Source: Octopus bimaculoides (lineage: Eukaryota). From it: DNA of 63,756 nt. The position numbers were made by a program, and so were the translations under genes. Location of the stretch: the NCBI RefSeq assembly GCF_001194135.2, contig NC_068999.1, forward strand, positions 18,497,022 through 18,560,777, read 5' to 3'. Under the pieces are notes generated by a model. That model made no database searches, was not told the DNA's origin, and saw only the letters and a list, made by a program, of their open reading frames with translations. Positions 1-11,873 of the stretch are shown here, in pieces (within the stretch, counting starts at the first letter, position 1; every line of letters starts with the position of its first letter).

Positions 1-186
1 CTGTAGTAGTGTTTCTAGCTCTTTGTCGTTTTTTGCATATAATTTTAGGTCATCCATATATAGAAGGTGGCTGACTGTTTTTCCATAGCATTTGTAACCG
101 CATCCAGTTCTATTTAGCAATTCTGTTAAAGGTGTGAGTGCCAGGCAGAACAGGAGTGGGGAGAGCGTGTCTCCCTGGAATATTCC

Positions 187-187
<1 letters not shown>
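1..187 (-). mobile_element. RLE-type (R4/Dong-like) non-LTR retrotransposon, reverse transcriptase core fragment (continues off the window)
   Basis: Minus strand translates GIFQGDTLSPLLFCLALTPLTELLNRTGCGYKCYGKTVSHLLYMDDLKLYAKNDKELETLLQ, which contains the QGDxLSP and YMDD RT motifs. The 5' end abuts an (ATT)n tract. Confidence 0.9.

Positions 188-253
<66 letters not shown>
188..253. repeat. (ATT)n/(AAT)n microsatellite between two LINE fragments
   Basis: Perfect ATT run seen directly. Confidence 0.97.
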
Positions 254-254
<1 letters not shown>

Positions 255-255
<1 letters not shown>

Positions 256-790
256 CGTATGATTATGTCTATGTCACATTTTAACTCCATCCCACAATTT
301 AGGCTTTTTTTCAAAATGTGCAGTTCCAAGTATTTTTGCCAGCTGAATGCTACCTGTGATTTGCAGCTTTTCTTGCCGAAATAACGCTTTCTTTGAGGTA
401 GTCCTAAATGAACTTATCACAATTGGCATCGCACTCAGTTTTCAAACTCTATGAACATGTTTCATTTCCAATTCTAGGTTTCGTACTCCCCGGAATTCCC
501 CGTTCACTGTTTTCACAATATTCTGCTTTGCAGGTATAACTACGTCGATGATGGTCCGTACGTCTGTAGGAGAGTAACATTTTTCTATATATGTTGGCAT
601 ATCTCATGAGACTCACCTGGCCGTTTTCTGCTAAGGGAAAAGGTTGGTGTTCATACTACTTGTTGGAACATTCTAGCCCGTAATTACAACTCATGGAGAT
701 TTAATATTCCTTATCGGTTAGTTTGGGACACCCATTAAATGTATGTCTGACTTTGTTGACTTTTCATATAGTCTACACAAAGTTGATACA
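255..790 (-). mobile_element. RLE-type LINE 3' fragment: CCHC knuckle plus restriction-like endonuclease, degenerate
   Basis: Minus-strand pieces, with stops and frameshifts: CRLYEKS..HLMGCPKLTDKEY; CNYGLECSNK*YEHQPFPLAEN; IDVVIP; PIVISSF; IQLAKILGTAH. These parallel the better preserved copies at 29700-30889 and 33488-34600. Confidence 0.75.
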
Positions 791-839
791 GTTCTTTCAT
801 CAATGCTATAATTAATTGAGTTAATACGAAAACCATGTT

Positions 840-1500
840 TTTGAGCGTCATCATATTTGCTGCCATAGCGCTTCGCTTACAATGTTTTACCAACCTCTCA
901 ATTTTTCTGTCCATATTCGGCCAATACATCTAACTCCTCATTTTTCACTGCGAAAACTAATGAAAAACCTCCTTTTCGATCTGGCTGTAGTCCTTTTTTC
1001 TGCTAATAGAACTCTTGATCCATGTGTAATAACTTTGAGTTTACCATGATTAAAGTTATGCAATATCACAGCTGCTATACCATATTCACTGCCATCTGAT
1101 GTCGCAATTATTTTCAGTTTTGGGTCGAAATGAGTTAATGATAACTGTGATGTTAACCCCTTTTTTTAATTCCTCGAATGCTTTCTAACATTCGTTTGTC
1201 CAGTCCCCCCCCCATTTCGTGTCTTTCTGTAACAAATTATTCAACGGTGCTCTTAGCTCATACATTTTAGGTATGTACAGCTGGTAGTAACTTACCAGAC
1301 CTAAAAATGCTTGTAATGTTGTTTTGTTAGACGGAGCAGGCATGTTTTTTTTTTTAATCACAAAGACCCTAAAAGTGCCCGCTTTTCGTCCGTTTTCATC
1401 GATCACCTATCCCTGTGCTTTACTTTTTTAATCTCATTTATTTTCAATTACTTTTTTAAATCCATACTCGTTATTCTTTTAAAACACATTTTTTTAATAT
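840..1500 (-). mobile_element. Ty3/Gypsy pol remnant (RT connection, RNase H, integrase Zn-finger piece)
   Basis: IDENGRK..PAPSNKTTLQAFLGLVSYYQLYIPKMYELRAPLNNLLQKDTKW; LTHFDPKLKIIATSDGSEYG..SQIEKE (RNase H); YWPNMDRKIERLVKHC (HHCC region). RNase H is joined directly to the Zn-finger piece. Confidence 0.8.
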
Positions 1501-1756
1501 ACACTCAATATGCTGGTCCAGTGATTCACCTTTGATCACCATCTGCGTCTATCTGTGTTTGGCGCATCTTATTGCAAGTCAGTAGCTTACGGTGTTTCCT
1601 ATTAATTTTCTTTCTTTCGTTGATATTGAAGTGCAACGCAATGCAACTATAAATAACAACAGCAAATGTTAAATCCCTTAACAGTTTATGGGTAACGGTT
1701 TATCCCTTTATGGCTAACACTTTGTTATGTGCATTTAAGTAAAATTCTAGGATTGC

Positions 1757-1942
1757 TTGATATCTCCTGTAACATTCCTTCCTGATAATTTCTTTCATAC
1801 TTCCATGCTGAATGCTAGAAGCAACGTTTATTCTTCTGTATTACTAAAACTGTTCCTTCGCATGTTCTTTATAACTGTGTCAACATCTAATACACCTGCA
1901 TGTGAGATCTTCGTATTTTTATTACGTTTCTTTTTGGAACTT
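1757..1942 (-). mobile_element. Degenerate RLE-type LINE fragment, post-RT region
   Basis: AGVLDVDTVIKNMRRNSF..KKLSGRNVTGDI resembles YKHLGVLEADRLLTIEMKTKIEMEY..KSKLNVSNLEKAVNTW seen at 29083-29319. Confidence 0.55.
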
Positions 1943-1970
1943 TTATTATTATTATTATTATTATTATTAA

Positions 1971-2010
<40 letters not shown>

Positions 2011-2053
2011 GTTATTATTATTATTATCATTATTATTATTATTATTATTATTA

Positions 2054-2108
<55 letters not shown>

Positions 2109-2131
2109 CATTCTTCTTCTTCTTCTTCTTC

Positions 2132-2162
<31 letters not shown>

Positions 2163-2163
2163 G

Positions 2164-2200
<37 letters not shown>

Positions 2201-2224
2201 TTATTATTATTAATCATTATTATT
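1943..2224. repeat. Compound (ATT)n/(TTC)n microsatellite
   Basis: Direct inspection. It produces the poly-L, poly-N and poly-I ORFs in the track. Confidence 0.97.
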
Positions 2225-2508
2225 AAAGTGGTGGTATGTTGTGAATTTAATGTGATAGTCCCATGAAAATGAATAATACCACTGCTATTTAGCCCTTGGA
2301 AGCACCGCTTCCTGTCGGCTTTGACACATTTCCTGTCTCGTTATGTTGGCAAAGGGGGAGATAAACACCTCCACCCGGCGAAGCCATCTTCCAGAGTCTA
2401 GTTTCTGAGTCATTGCTCGTCATAATTATGGAGTAGCATGGTTTCCTAGCTGTCGATGCCTATCTACTTCTGTAAACATAACAATTCAAGTAAAATACAT
2501 TCACTGAT

Positions 2509-2580
2509 TGGCGTAGTGTTTAAGAGCTCAGGTTACAATCACCTAGATTCCGAGTTAGTTACACAGGTAACATCCTAAAT
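2509..2580 (+). mobile_element. Degenerate tRNA-derived SINE head
   Basis: A-box-like TGGCGTAGTGT followed about 40 nt later by a decayed B-box (GAGTTAGTTAC). Confidence 0.35.
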
Positions 2581-2662
2581 GTTGGCCACTGGACTACATA
2601 CAAGCAACTCTTGTTCACTCTCCCACAAGATAGATTAAATTTGGAGGACCTTTATTATAACT

Positions 2663-2985
2663 AAACATGTTCAATCCACCGTGTCAGCCTTCCTTTTAGA
2701 CGCGAAACATACTGTCACGTGACACTAACGCACGGACGTAGCACGAATTATACAAATATTTATGAACATAATCACGTGTTCATTCTCCACGAACACTTGA
2801 CAGAAAACATTCGCAGCATTCATTGTTTGGACATGTTCAGTCAACCGTGTAATTCTTAACTTACGTTTTCGCTTGCTAATAACACAGGGACATAGCGGGG
2901 AACATACAAACGTTTCTAAGAGCTGTCATGTCACTATCGTTGACCAATCAAATCCTCTTGAAAGGAAATACTAATTTGCGTCATG
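2663..2985. promoter_or_regulatory. Candidate cis-regulatory cluster (E-box/CLEAR palindrome, CCAAT, CRE/AP-1-like site)
   Basis: TGTCACGTGACA at 2713-2724, CACGTG at 2773-2778, GACCAATCA at 2942-2950, TGCGTCA at 2977-2983; locally CpG-enriched. No transcript evidence. Confidence 0.3.
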
Positions 2986-5900
2986 AACACCCTGAAAGCT
3001 TCAAAATATAGTCAGAAGCTAGACAACTGCAACCAAAATTCCCGTCGGCTAAAACCTGAAATATATTAATAAAATATATATTTAACTACTTGCAGTACAT
3101 TTTCAACCTTTTCAATTACTATCTTTCCTATATATATATATATGTACGTACGTATATAAATACAATATCAGAACTGATCAATAACTAGCTCCAGTTGAAG
3201 AAGATATGTCGCAATCTATATTTTCCTGTCTTTCAGCTCTTCGGCAACATGCACGCAGTTCACTTAGGAACGTANNNNNNNNNNNNNNNNNNNNNNNNNN
3301 NNNNNNNNNNNNNNNNNNNNNNNNNNNNNNNNNNNNNNNNNNNNNNNNNNNNNNNNNNNNNNNNNNNNNNNNNNNNNNNNNNNNNNNNNNNNNNNNNNNN
3401 NNNNNNNNNNNNNNNNNNNNNNNNNNNNNNNNNNNNNNNNNNNNNNNNNNNNNNAAAATAAGTGGTAGTGTAATATCTGCATGCTCGGGAATTGGTTGTA
3501 TTTTGTATGAGAAATGGCCTCTAATAGTCTCTGTCCTAAGAGAACAACCATCATATATACTTCATATATGCAAATATATTTATATTCTATTTGCAAAGGT
3601 GGGGTACAATTAAATTTTGAATTAAAAGCGGCCGCAATACTTAACATTATCAGTGTCACATGCATACCACATGTGCATTCTTTATGCACTTTGAAACATC
3701 CTTCCTTGATGCCGAGTGTTGAAAAGCATTCAATATCTCAAACGAGGCGCAATAACTAGCTCCAGTTGAAGAAGATATGTCGCAATCTATATGTTCCTGT
3801 CTTTCAGCTCTTCGGCAACATGCACGCAGTTCACTTAGGAACGTATCGAATGGCTGGTCTCAGACATAAAGTCTATTTGCTGGAGTCCTATTGTGTAGCA
3901 CAGGTGAATTAAGTTTATATTTTAGATTTCAAGCAGCTCTAATATTCTAAGCATTATTAGTCTATAGTTTATATGTTTTGTGCATTTATACATGCACACA
4001 GAAGACACACACACATGCTCACAAATACACACCTACGCACTGTTTCAGGCACACATACACGCACATACATACAAATGCACATATGTACTCACAATCATAA
4101 TGATATACACATACTTGAATATTTGTTCAAGTGTGGCAGTGTGCGATTGATTGTGAACATAGTATGTGAAAGGTATTCTGTTTCTGAGTACGTGTGTGTT
4201 TAAGCTTTTATTTTTATATACAATTTAGCTTTACTTAAAGCCGAATGCCCTAAAGTATAATTCTAAAATAGAACATTGCGCTAATAATCCGCTATGTTCT
4301 AACCGTATACATGTAATCTATATATTTGTACATATTCACCTTTTATCATTGTAATCTTAGCACCTGCTTGAGTTCCAAATTCTATGTATATTTACATATA
4401 TTCCGTGCAAATATGAACAGCGTGAATGAGTATGTTTTACATTGGTTTTCCTGTAAAATAAAGAGCTTTAGAAATTGTGTAGATATATGTTTTCATCGTT
4501 AGTCCGTTAGTGGCAAGTATGCACCGAATTGCAGTTCCAGGTAAGAAGATTGGTAATGGCATTCAGGCAATAATAAAATAATCAAAATAAGTAAACATAA
4601 ATATCATGTTTTGAATGCTGCAAACACCATAGTGACTGAGTAAATATGCTTGTAATGTTTCCGTGTAAAAGATTCAGCCTTTTACGCACACCTGATGACA
4701 CCAGGCAAACAAAATCGTGAATATTTCCAGTAAGCACGCGAAGAATAATATATATTAAGACTATTCATTTCCATCTCTTTACCTTTCTCTTTCTCTTTCC
4801 TTCTCTCTTTCTCTTTCTCCCCTTTACTTCTTATTTCTGTCTCTCTCCCCCCACAAACACACACACAGATATATGTATTCATACATATGTCTGTGCATGT
4901 GTACATACGTATATGTGTACAAAAACGCATAAACATACGAATAGAAAACTAACAAAATACACATGATTTGTTTTATTGATGTATATCTCATCTTCGAATT
5001 GTAATAATACATCGTAATATAGATATGCAAATTACATTATATTCCTAGATGTTTAATCATTTTGATTATTTTTTTCTTCTCAGCTAGTGAACACATTTGT
5101 AACAGTTGTTGTAAAGTACGCTACTTTATCTCATGGCGTATTTGCTGTGGCATTAGATCTTTGGACCTAAACTACATACTTTTGTGTTGCTCAGTTTCAA
5201 ATCTCATGCTTTACTTTTCCTTCTTCTACTATGTCTTCGACACTTGATTTGGCATAACTTTCACACACATGCCAATTTCGTGCCACCTGATTCTCTTTGT
5301 ATTTAGCGGCGTTCAGTAATAAGAATTCATGAATACACTCTATTTTTATTATTTCAGAAATATCATATAAAGAGTGAAGTCGCTCGGCTTATGTTAATAT
5401 CAGTTGAATATGTCTGCGATGTTAAATCTACGTCTATAATAAAAGGAAATATTTGTGAAGATCTTCCCGAAAACCACTTATAACATATAGATAATATAGC
5501 TAGGATATATTTCTTTATACAGTGGTGAGGAGGGAGAAATGCAACTTTCGAAATTGGTAACCAATAATCGATATTTCGTTGCAAAATAGGGTTAAAAGAA
5601 ACGTGTATAAAGAACTCTGCAGTTAAACATGTTTGCAGGCTCTGCAACGCAATTAAATTTTTTTTAATCGCTTTTTTTGTTGAAATTTGGATTTCATGCA
5701 TTATAATTCTCCACATATACATCTTTCTACATAGCAGAATGCAGAAAGAGAAAATATAGTATCCTTACAAAGTTGGATACTAAGTTTCAATACAATTGAC
5801 TAAGATCTTAAGGTTCCGCATTGACTTTAAACAGAACCGGAGTGTGAATTCCTACCCAGTGCCTATACAACGTCGTACGTGTATGAAGTTTTCTACTTTG

Positions 5901-6039
5901 TAGCTCTACATTAGGCCATTGTATAGAAATTTAAAGATCGTGTTAAATTCAGTGTTGTTTACATTTAGTGATGTCTCATAACCCAATAGCACGTCATGAT
6001 ATTGCATGCCCACGTTTTGCCAACTTTCAAGGACATACT

Positions 6040-7140
6040 ACAATGTGTTTTATTTGAACGAGTAAAATATAAGAATGTAGTTAAGAAAGATGCTTCAATT
6101 AAAGAAATTGTCAAACCAATTGTGTAATGTGCTTAAAAACAATGCAACAAAATATGTTTTTGACATTTCCTGTTGGAAGTGCAACTCCTTAGATAATTGT
6201 AGCTGTAGTAGAGACAAATAGGGCCACAGAAAACAAGATTTATTACAGCATCAAAGGATAAATCGAAAAATGATCATTGGCGGAATAGATCAAGCCGTAT
6301 CTCAGTAGAACGTTCAGTAGTTGATTAGAATGATCGCATTCGTTCTTCTACGCCAGCAAAGGATGCTGAATTGATTTCGCTTCCATTAATGAGTGAATCT
6401 GGAAATGAATCAGCGGATGTAGATGAAGATTTTCCAATTCTATTTTCCATGAAACGAAAAGATGTCAACAAAAGCGTAAGTTCAAAAAGACCAGTAAAAC
6501 GAATGAAATTCGAAGAACGAGCTTCTGCCTGTGGCTTCACCGGTGTGTCAGACCGTGCTGCTGCTCTTCATACATGTTTGGTCATCAGCGACGTAACGGC
6601 AAGTAAATCTGGTGAATGTTCTTTAATTATAGACAGATCGAGGGTAAGCCGGGAACGATCCAGAAAACCTAAATCCCGGCAGCAGGAAGGTAGGTGACAT
6701 AGACCATTGTCTGCCGTGTATCTTGATGAAAGGAGGGACACAACCATCATAAGTGAAGTAATGGGATAATTATTTGCAAGAAAATAATTCAAGAAGAGCA
6801 CATTTCATTGATAGAAAAACCTGAGACCCGCTATCTTGGGCACTTTGCTGTTTAAACAGGTTTTGCAAAAGCCGTTTCCGATGATTTATTGAATTATTTG
6901 AAGACCGATGAGATAGTAATCCATCACATGATAGCTCTAGATTGCGATGATACTACAGATACTACTGGACGAAAAGGAGGCACCATTAGACTTTTGGAGG
7001 ATAAATTGAAGGAGCCATTGCGTTGGTTGGTCTGTCAGCTCTACGCAAATGAACTTCCTTTACGCTATCTTCTTAACGATTTCAACGGAAAAACTACAGG
7101 GTCCTGTGGAATTCTAGGAGGGTTGGGTCGTTAGATATAG
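6040..7140 (+). pseudogene. DDE DNA-transposase pseudogene, hAT-related group (often annotated cc8L18.2-like; exact subgroup not verified)
   Basis: FDISCWKCNSLDNCSCSRDK..QRINRKMIIGGID; GVSDRAAA..LIIDRSRVSRER; AVYLDERRDTT (cf. YFDGRKD); EEHISLIEKPETRYLGHF; ALDCDDTTDTTGRKGGTIRLLEDKLKEPLRWLVCQLYANELPLRYLLNDFNGKTTG. Several stops and frameshifts. Confidence 0.8.
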
Positions 7141-8643
7141 CTTGAGTTGATGGATATCTTTGCAGTTAAAGTTTTACCGAAATGCCTCAGCAAAACAGAA
7201 AACAGTAATCCAGTAATATATTTATCGCAATAATTAATTTACAGCCGATAAATATTGCTTTAAATTTTAGTACACGTCCCGCAATATCAAAGGAAGCATG
7301 AAGCCGGTTATATCAATTCCAGAGCTCAACCTGTACTCATTTTATCGCTCCCGAAGTTAGGAACGCTAATTAAATTCCAAAACGGTTTTGCATGCCGCTT
7401 TATATCGAGTAAATATTGTTGGCGTACTACACGGACAAAGCGGTTCATCCTTAGGAGATGTATGCAAGAGAAAACCCATAACACACTATATCTTAGAAGA
7501 AAATTGCACTCGTTCTCATTTGAATTGTGACACAATCGCTTCAGATTACTGTTGTTTGAAACTCTGTAACATCAATATATATAGGGGCATTCCACAATAT
7601 AACACCATTTGTATTAATATCGATAGACAGATAAATATTTGCAAATAAAATCTACTGATTTGGCTAACCACAGTATGACATCGGGAGAAAAGAAATTGAC
7701 ATTGAAATGTCAGTAAGAATGGTTCTATTCCCTGGTTTTAGCGATATTCTACTATTTCTTCATATGAAATCAATAAAAGAAAAACACAGAAACAAGTAAA
7801 CTCCAGAGTTTTGCTTTCTATCGTTTTTCATTTTTGAAAATTCCTTCTGCGTTCAAGATCAAACACAATGGCATTTGATGTTGTGACGGGGAGAACGTCA
7901 CTAAAGAAGTGCGTTATTGAAATATAGTTTTAAGTTACACGTCACCATTTGGATAAGAGGAAGATTCGGCCAATTGACTCCGTTCGAGAAGTAAGGCCGT
8001 CGAGCTTTTTCTAGAATTAGGTACAACTGATAATGAATGTAGCTGTAATACTGACTTTCTAGAAATATATAAAGAAACACTGTTTCCATTGAAGCCTGGC
8101 TAGGGTTGAATTTCATCGTCTACAATGTGGAGAAGCAGTTGCTGTCAAAGGTGAGGTACTGGAATCAAAATAACTTTTCTGTATTTCGGTGAGAATATCT
8201 TATGTCTGATTCAGAATATCAAATATATTAAGTGGGTCAGTACAATCTAAACGAGTGCTAGGAGCTCCGTATTACTTTGAATGATTATCCAGAACCTGGG
8301 GCAGATTGCATTATTAGTATCGGGTGATATGTGGTCCATTATTAGCTAGATATTATTGATATTTCTATTGATAACCCCACAAAGACACTTCTGGACAGCC
8401 GCATTCTTTTCATTTTTTGTGTTCTTATTTAATAGGGCACTGGTCGCTCCATTAAGATGTGAAGAATTCTCGTGATTAAAAATATCAATACGTTAATATT
8501 GGAATACGTATTTCTAGAAGGTACTGTTTCATTGCGTTCTTACTTCATTCGTACTTTATGGAGTCGGAATATTATTAAATATTTTATTTCTATTTCTACT
8601 ATGATTTTAAATGAAATATTAGTTGATATTTATTAACTAATCT

Positions 8644-8815
8644 AAGGCGGTAAGCTGGCAAAAACATTAGTACGCCGGGCGAAATGCTTAGTAGTATTTC
8701 ATCCATTTTTACATTCCGAGTTCAAATTCCGCCGAGTTCGACGTTGCCTTTCATCCTTTCGGGGTCGTTAAATCTTTCCACAAATTTCGGATATTGTGCC
8801 TAGAGTACAAACGAA
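8644..8815 (+). mobile_element. Abundant cephalopod-type SINE-like repeat (family A)
   Basis: AAGGCGGTAAGCTGGCAAAAACATTAGTACGCCGGGCGAAATGCTTAG..GAGTTCAAATTCCGCCGAG..GCCTTTCATCCTTTCGGGGTCG. Homologous copies at 10898, 27937, 47615 and 51319. Confidence 0.85.
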
Positions 8816-9016
8816 TATACCAGTAATTTATTGCATGAATGTTCGCTATCGGTACAGTAGGAGTCATGCTTTTCATAACTATTGTAGTTTAAGACTTACA
8901 GTATAAAAATGTAAACTATTTTTTTTTAATGTTGCATCCTTTGAAATGATAATTAAAGCTCTCAAAATATACAGTACTTTCTGATTTATTATATCTACTT
9001 ATTTTTTATGCACCCT

Positions 9017-9292
9017 TTTAAAGCCTAGCCAGGCTCATGGGCCCGGTTTCCCGGTTTCTATGGCGTATGTGTACCCAACCAGCTTGGCGTTACTCAAGAA
9101 ATAGGAACAAAGATTGAGAGAAAGTTGTGGTAAAAGAGTACATGAGAGGTCACCACCACCCCCTGCCGGAGTATCGAAGTGATTTAGGTGTTGTCGCTCA
9201 GTAAACACACACAACGGCCGATCTGGGAATCGAAACCGTGATCCTACGATCGCGAGTCTGTTGCCCTAACAAAAGGGCCATAGCGCCTCCAC
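9017..9292 (-). mobile_element. tRNA-derived SINE (family B)
   Basis: Minus strand starts GTGGAGGCGCTATGGCCC..GTTAGGGC (A box) and has GGTTTCGATTCCC (B box), followed by a non-tRNA body. Confidence 0.75.
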
Positions 9293-10316
9293 TTATATCT
9301 ACGTAAATATATCTCAGTAGTTAGTTAAGATATGACCTTGTAGTATTATACTAATTTGGCATTAAACATTCTAAGATAATATCGTGTAACTAATTATGGT
9401 TGGATAATTATTACAAAACGTAAAGTAAATATGGCATCATGTGTGGAAGCTGTAAATATATTACGAGGCAAAATATGTCCTAATATCTTCCTTTGCTTCT
9501 GTATGTTCCCACCTCAGAAAATGCTTAATAACCAAAACATATCGTAACTTCCGAATTAGATAAAATGTTTGCTCACATTTAATGTGCAACAAATAATGAC
9601 ATAACATTCACAGGGTTACAGATGTAATTGCATTTATTCATTTCTTGCATGATAGCGTACATTCGCATGTGCCTCATTAACTTGTGTGTCATTAAATGAA
9701 GTGTAAGCGATAATTATGAGGATATGCTATATATTGTGTTACAAATAAGCCCACACATATAGTTACTTTTAGCGGGTTCCCTCCACAACTTCTAAAAAGC
9801 TTCATGGAATACATTTATAAATCTCTTCCATTTTTTTTCGTATTATTGAAGCTAGAGTATCGTATCGCTTTAACATTGAGTTAAAGTTTCCGTTTCGATT
9901 CGTTAAGGAATCATTGTCATAGCATAGAACTACTAGCATGTAGAATTTCTGCTATTTCTATTAATCTAGTGTTGTATTAAACTTGAAAGATGATTTACGT
10001 TTTCTAAACTATGTGCCAAGAAGTATTCGATGGAGACCGAAAACTATAGGAATAGTCAACATATCATGCACNNNNNNNNNNNNNNNNNNNNNNNNNNNNN
10101 NNNNNNNNNNNNNNNNNNNNNNNNNNNNNNNNNNNNNNNNNNNNNNNNNNNNNNNNNNNNNNNNNNNNNNNNNNNNNNNNNNNNNNNNNNNNNNNNNNNN
10201 NNNNNNNNNNNNNNNNNNNNNNNNNNNNNNNNNNNNNNNNNNNNNNNNNNNNNNNNNNNNNNNNNNNNNNNNNNNNNNNNNNNNNNNNNNNNNNNNNNNN
10301 NNNNNNNNNNNNNNNN

Positions 10317-10357
<41 letters not shown>

Positions 10358-10897
10358 GTCTGAATGCATAGTGCCATCACGTGGGTTTTATTTTGAGATA
10401 ACCTTCATTTTTTTATGTATGTTTATTCTTTCTATTTCCCATATCTTCCTTTTTTTTGTCGACTAATTCCGATTTTATCTTTAAACATTTACTTTTCTCT
10501 CTATCGGTTCTTGCTATATTTGCTCTTTCAAGGAAGTCACTCTATTTTTTTTTTAACCATTGCTATTTCAGTTCTAGTGTAAACTATCTTTTTTCTTCCA
10601 CTTTAGAAATTCGATTTTCACCTACTATCTTATATTTCTAAAACTTCAGGCATATTTTATAAATTTTAATTCAAATCACGAAATTTATTTCAGTTTATAT
10701 ATAATATATTTTCTCTTCCTCAGTTTTATCTCTGCATTAGAATGCAAATTCCCACTGTCTTCACATCAACGCTACTCCGAACCAAATTTTCTATCCGGAA
10801 CGTTCCTCTCTCTGTGTAATATGCAAAACCTTAACTTCTAATATATACCCGTTACTTTAAAATATTTATTTATCTCTCCGTCACTCAATACGGTACT

Positions 10898-11108
10898 AAT
10901 GGTTCCAAATGTTGGCACAAAACCAGCAACTTCGGATGGCGGGAGATATGCCGATTACATCGGCACCAGCGCTAGACTGCTGCTTATTTCAACCACCATA
11001 GAAGAATAACAGGAAAAGTCAATATCGGCGAAATCTTAAGACAGACGTTTACAACAGGCAAAGTGCCTACCAGCATTTTGGCCGACGTGCTAACAATTCT
11101 CCCAACTC
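10898..11108 (-). mobile_element. SINE family A, diverged copy
   Basis: Reverse complement GAGTTGGGAGAATTGTTAGCACGTCGGCCAAAATGCT..GATGTAATCGGC..GCTGGTTTTGTGCCAACATTTGGAACC aligns with the 8644 and 47615 copies. Confidence 0.7.
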
Positions 11109-11739
11109 ATATCAAGCAAGTAAAAATGGTTAACGATGTGCAACGAGGAATTCATTTGAGATTATTTGCTTTTCCTCATTATCATTGAGCAAACATTGTT
11201 GAAAACGTAGCAAAACTCTCAAACTCTGATTGAGTAGTTAATGCTATAGCCACCATAGCCATCACATTACATGTATATAACAAATATTTTTCCCGTTCAT
11301 TTCCAGAATCGTTTATATATATATATTTACATTGATTATATTATTAAGAGCTACTACTATAAGTAAACGCCTCACGTTTACTTATAGTTATCGCACTTAA
11401 TATAACTAATGTATATATATTTAAAAGATAAAGTATATACTATGTATTAGTTTCTATCTAAACTGGATTTTGACGCTGGCTATTTGATAAATTCTTATAT
11501 AGATTTTATCCTTTTATTTTATTATACAATAATAATATTCTATTATATAATAAAGATAACATCTATATAAGAATTTATCAAGTAGCAAGCGTGAGAAACC
11601 CTGTGGAAGACCTAGTATAAGCGGTCAGGTCTTGCGAAACAACCTGCACAAATCATTTACTTTTGTGAAAAGAGTGTTCTAGATGTACATTTTGTTCAAC
11701 CATTCTATGTAATCTACGTTCTCTGAATAGGTGCACGGC

Positions 11740-11873
11740 GTACCATGTATCAGGTGTCAAAGTGAGAAGAAGTCTTGTGCTCAAGAATACAACGCACCAC
11801 TAGGTTCAGGAACTGAAACCGCAATCTCACGACCGTGAGTTCAACGTTCTATCCTCTAGGCTATGCATCCTCA
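11740..11873 (-). mobile_element. tRNA-derived SINE head, related to family B
   Basis: Minus strand TGAGGATGCATAGCCTAGAGGATAG..GGTTTCAGTTCCTG..TGCGTTGTATTCTTGAGCA parallels the 9017-9292 head. Confidence 0.55.

Noticed and set aside
1757-2217. Poly-Leu, poly-Asn and poly-Ile ORFs (also 27661-28014, 30848-31256, 33207-33563, 43424-43813, 46765-46965)
   Set aside because: Translations of trinucleotide microsatellites.
4690-4715. Other CTGATGA/CTGACGA words (4692, 14933 on minus, 28103, 28228)
   Set aside because: No stem II followed by GAAA and no stem I pairing, so not hammerheads.
5363-5722. 119-aa minus-strand ORF
   Set aside because: No recognisable motif, and the composition matches AT-rich background.
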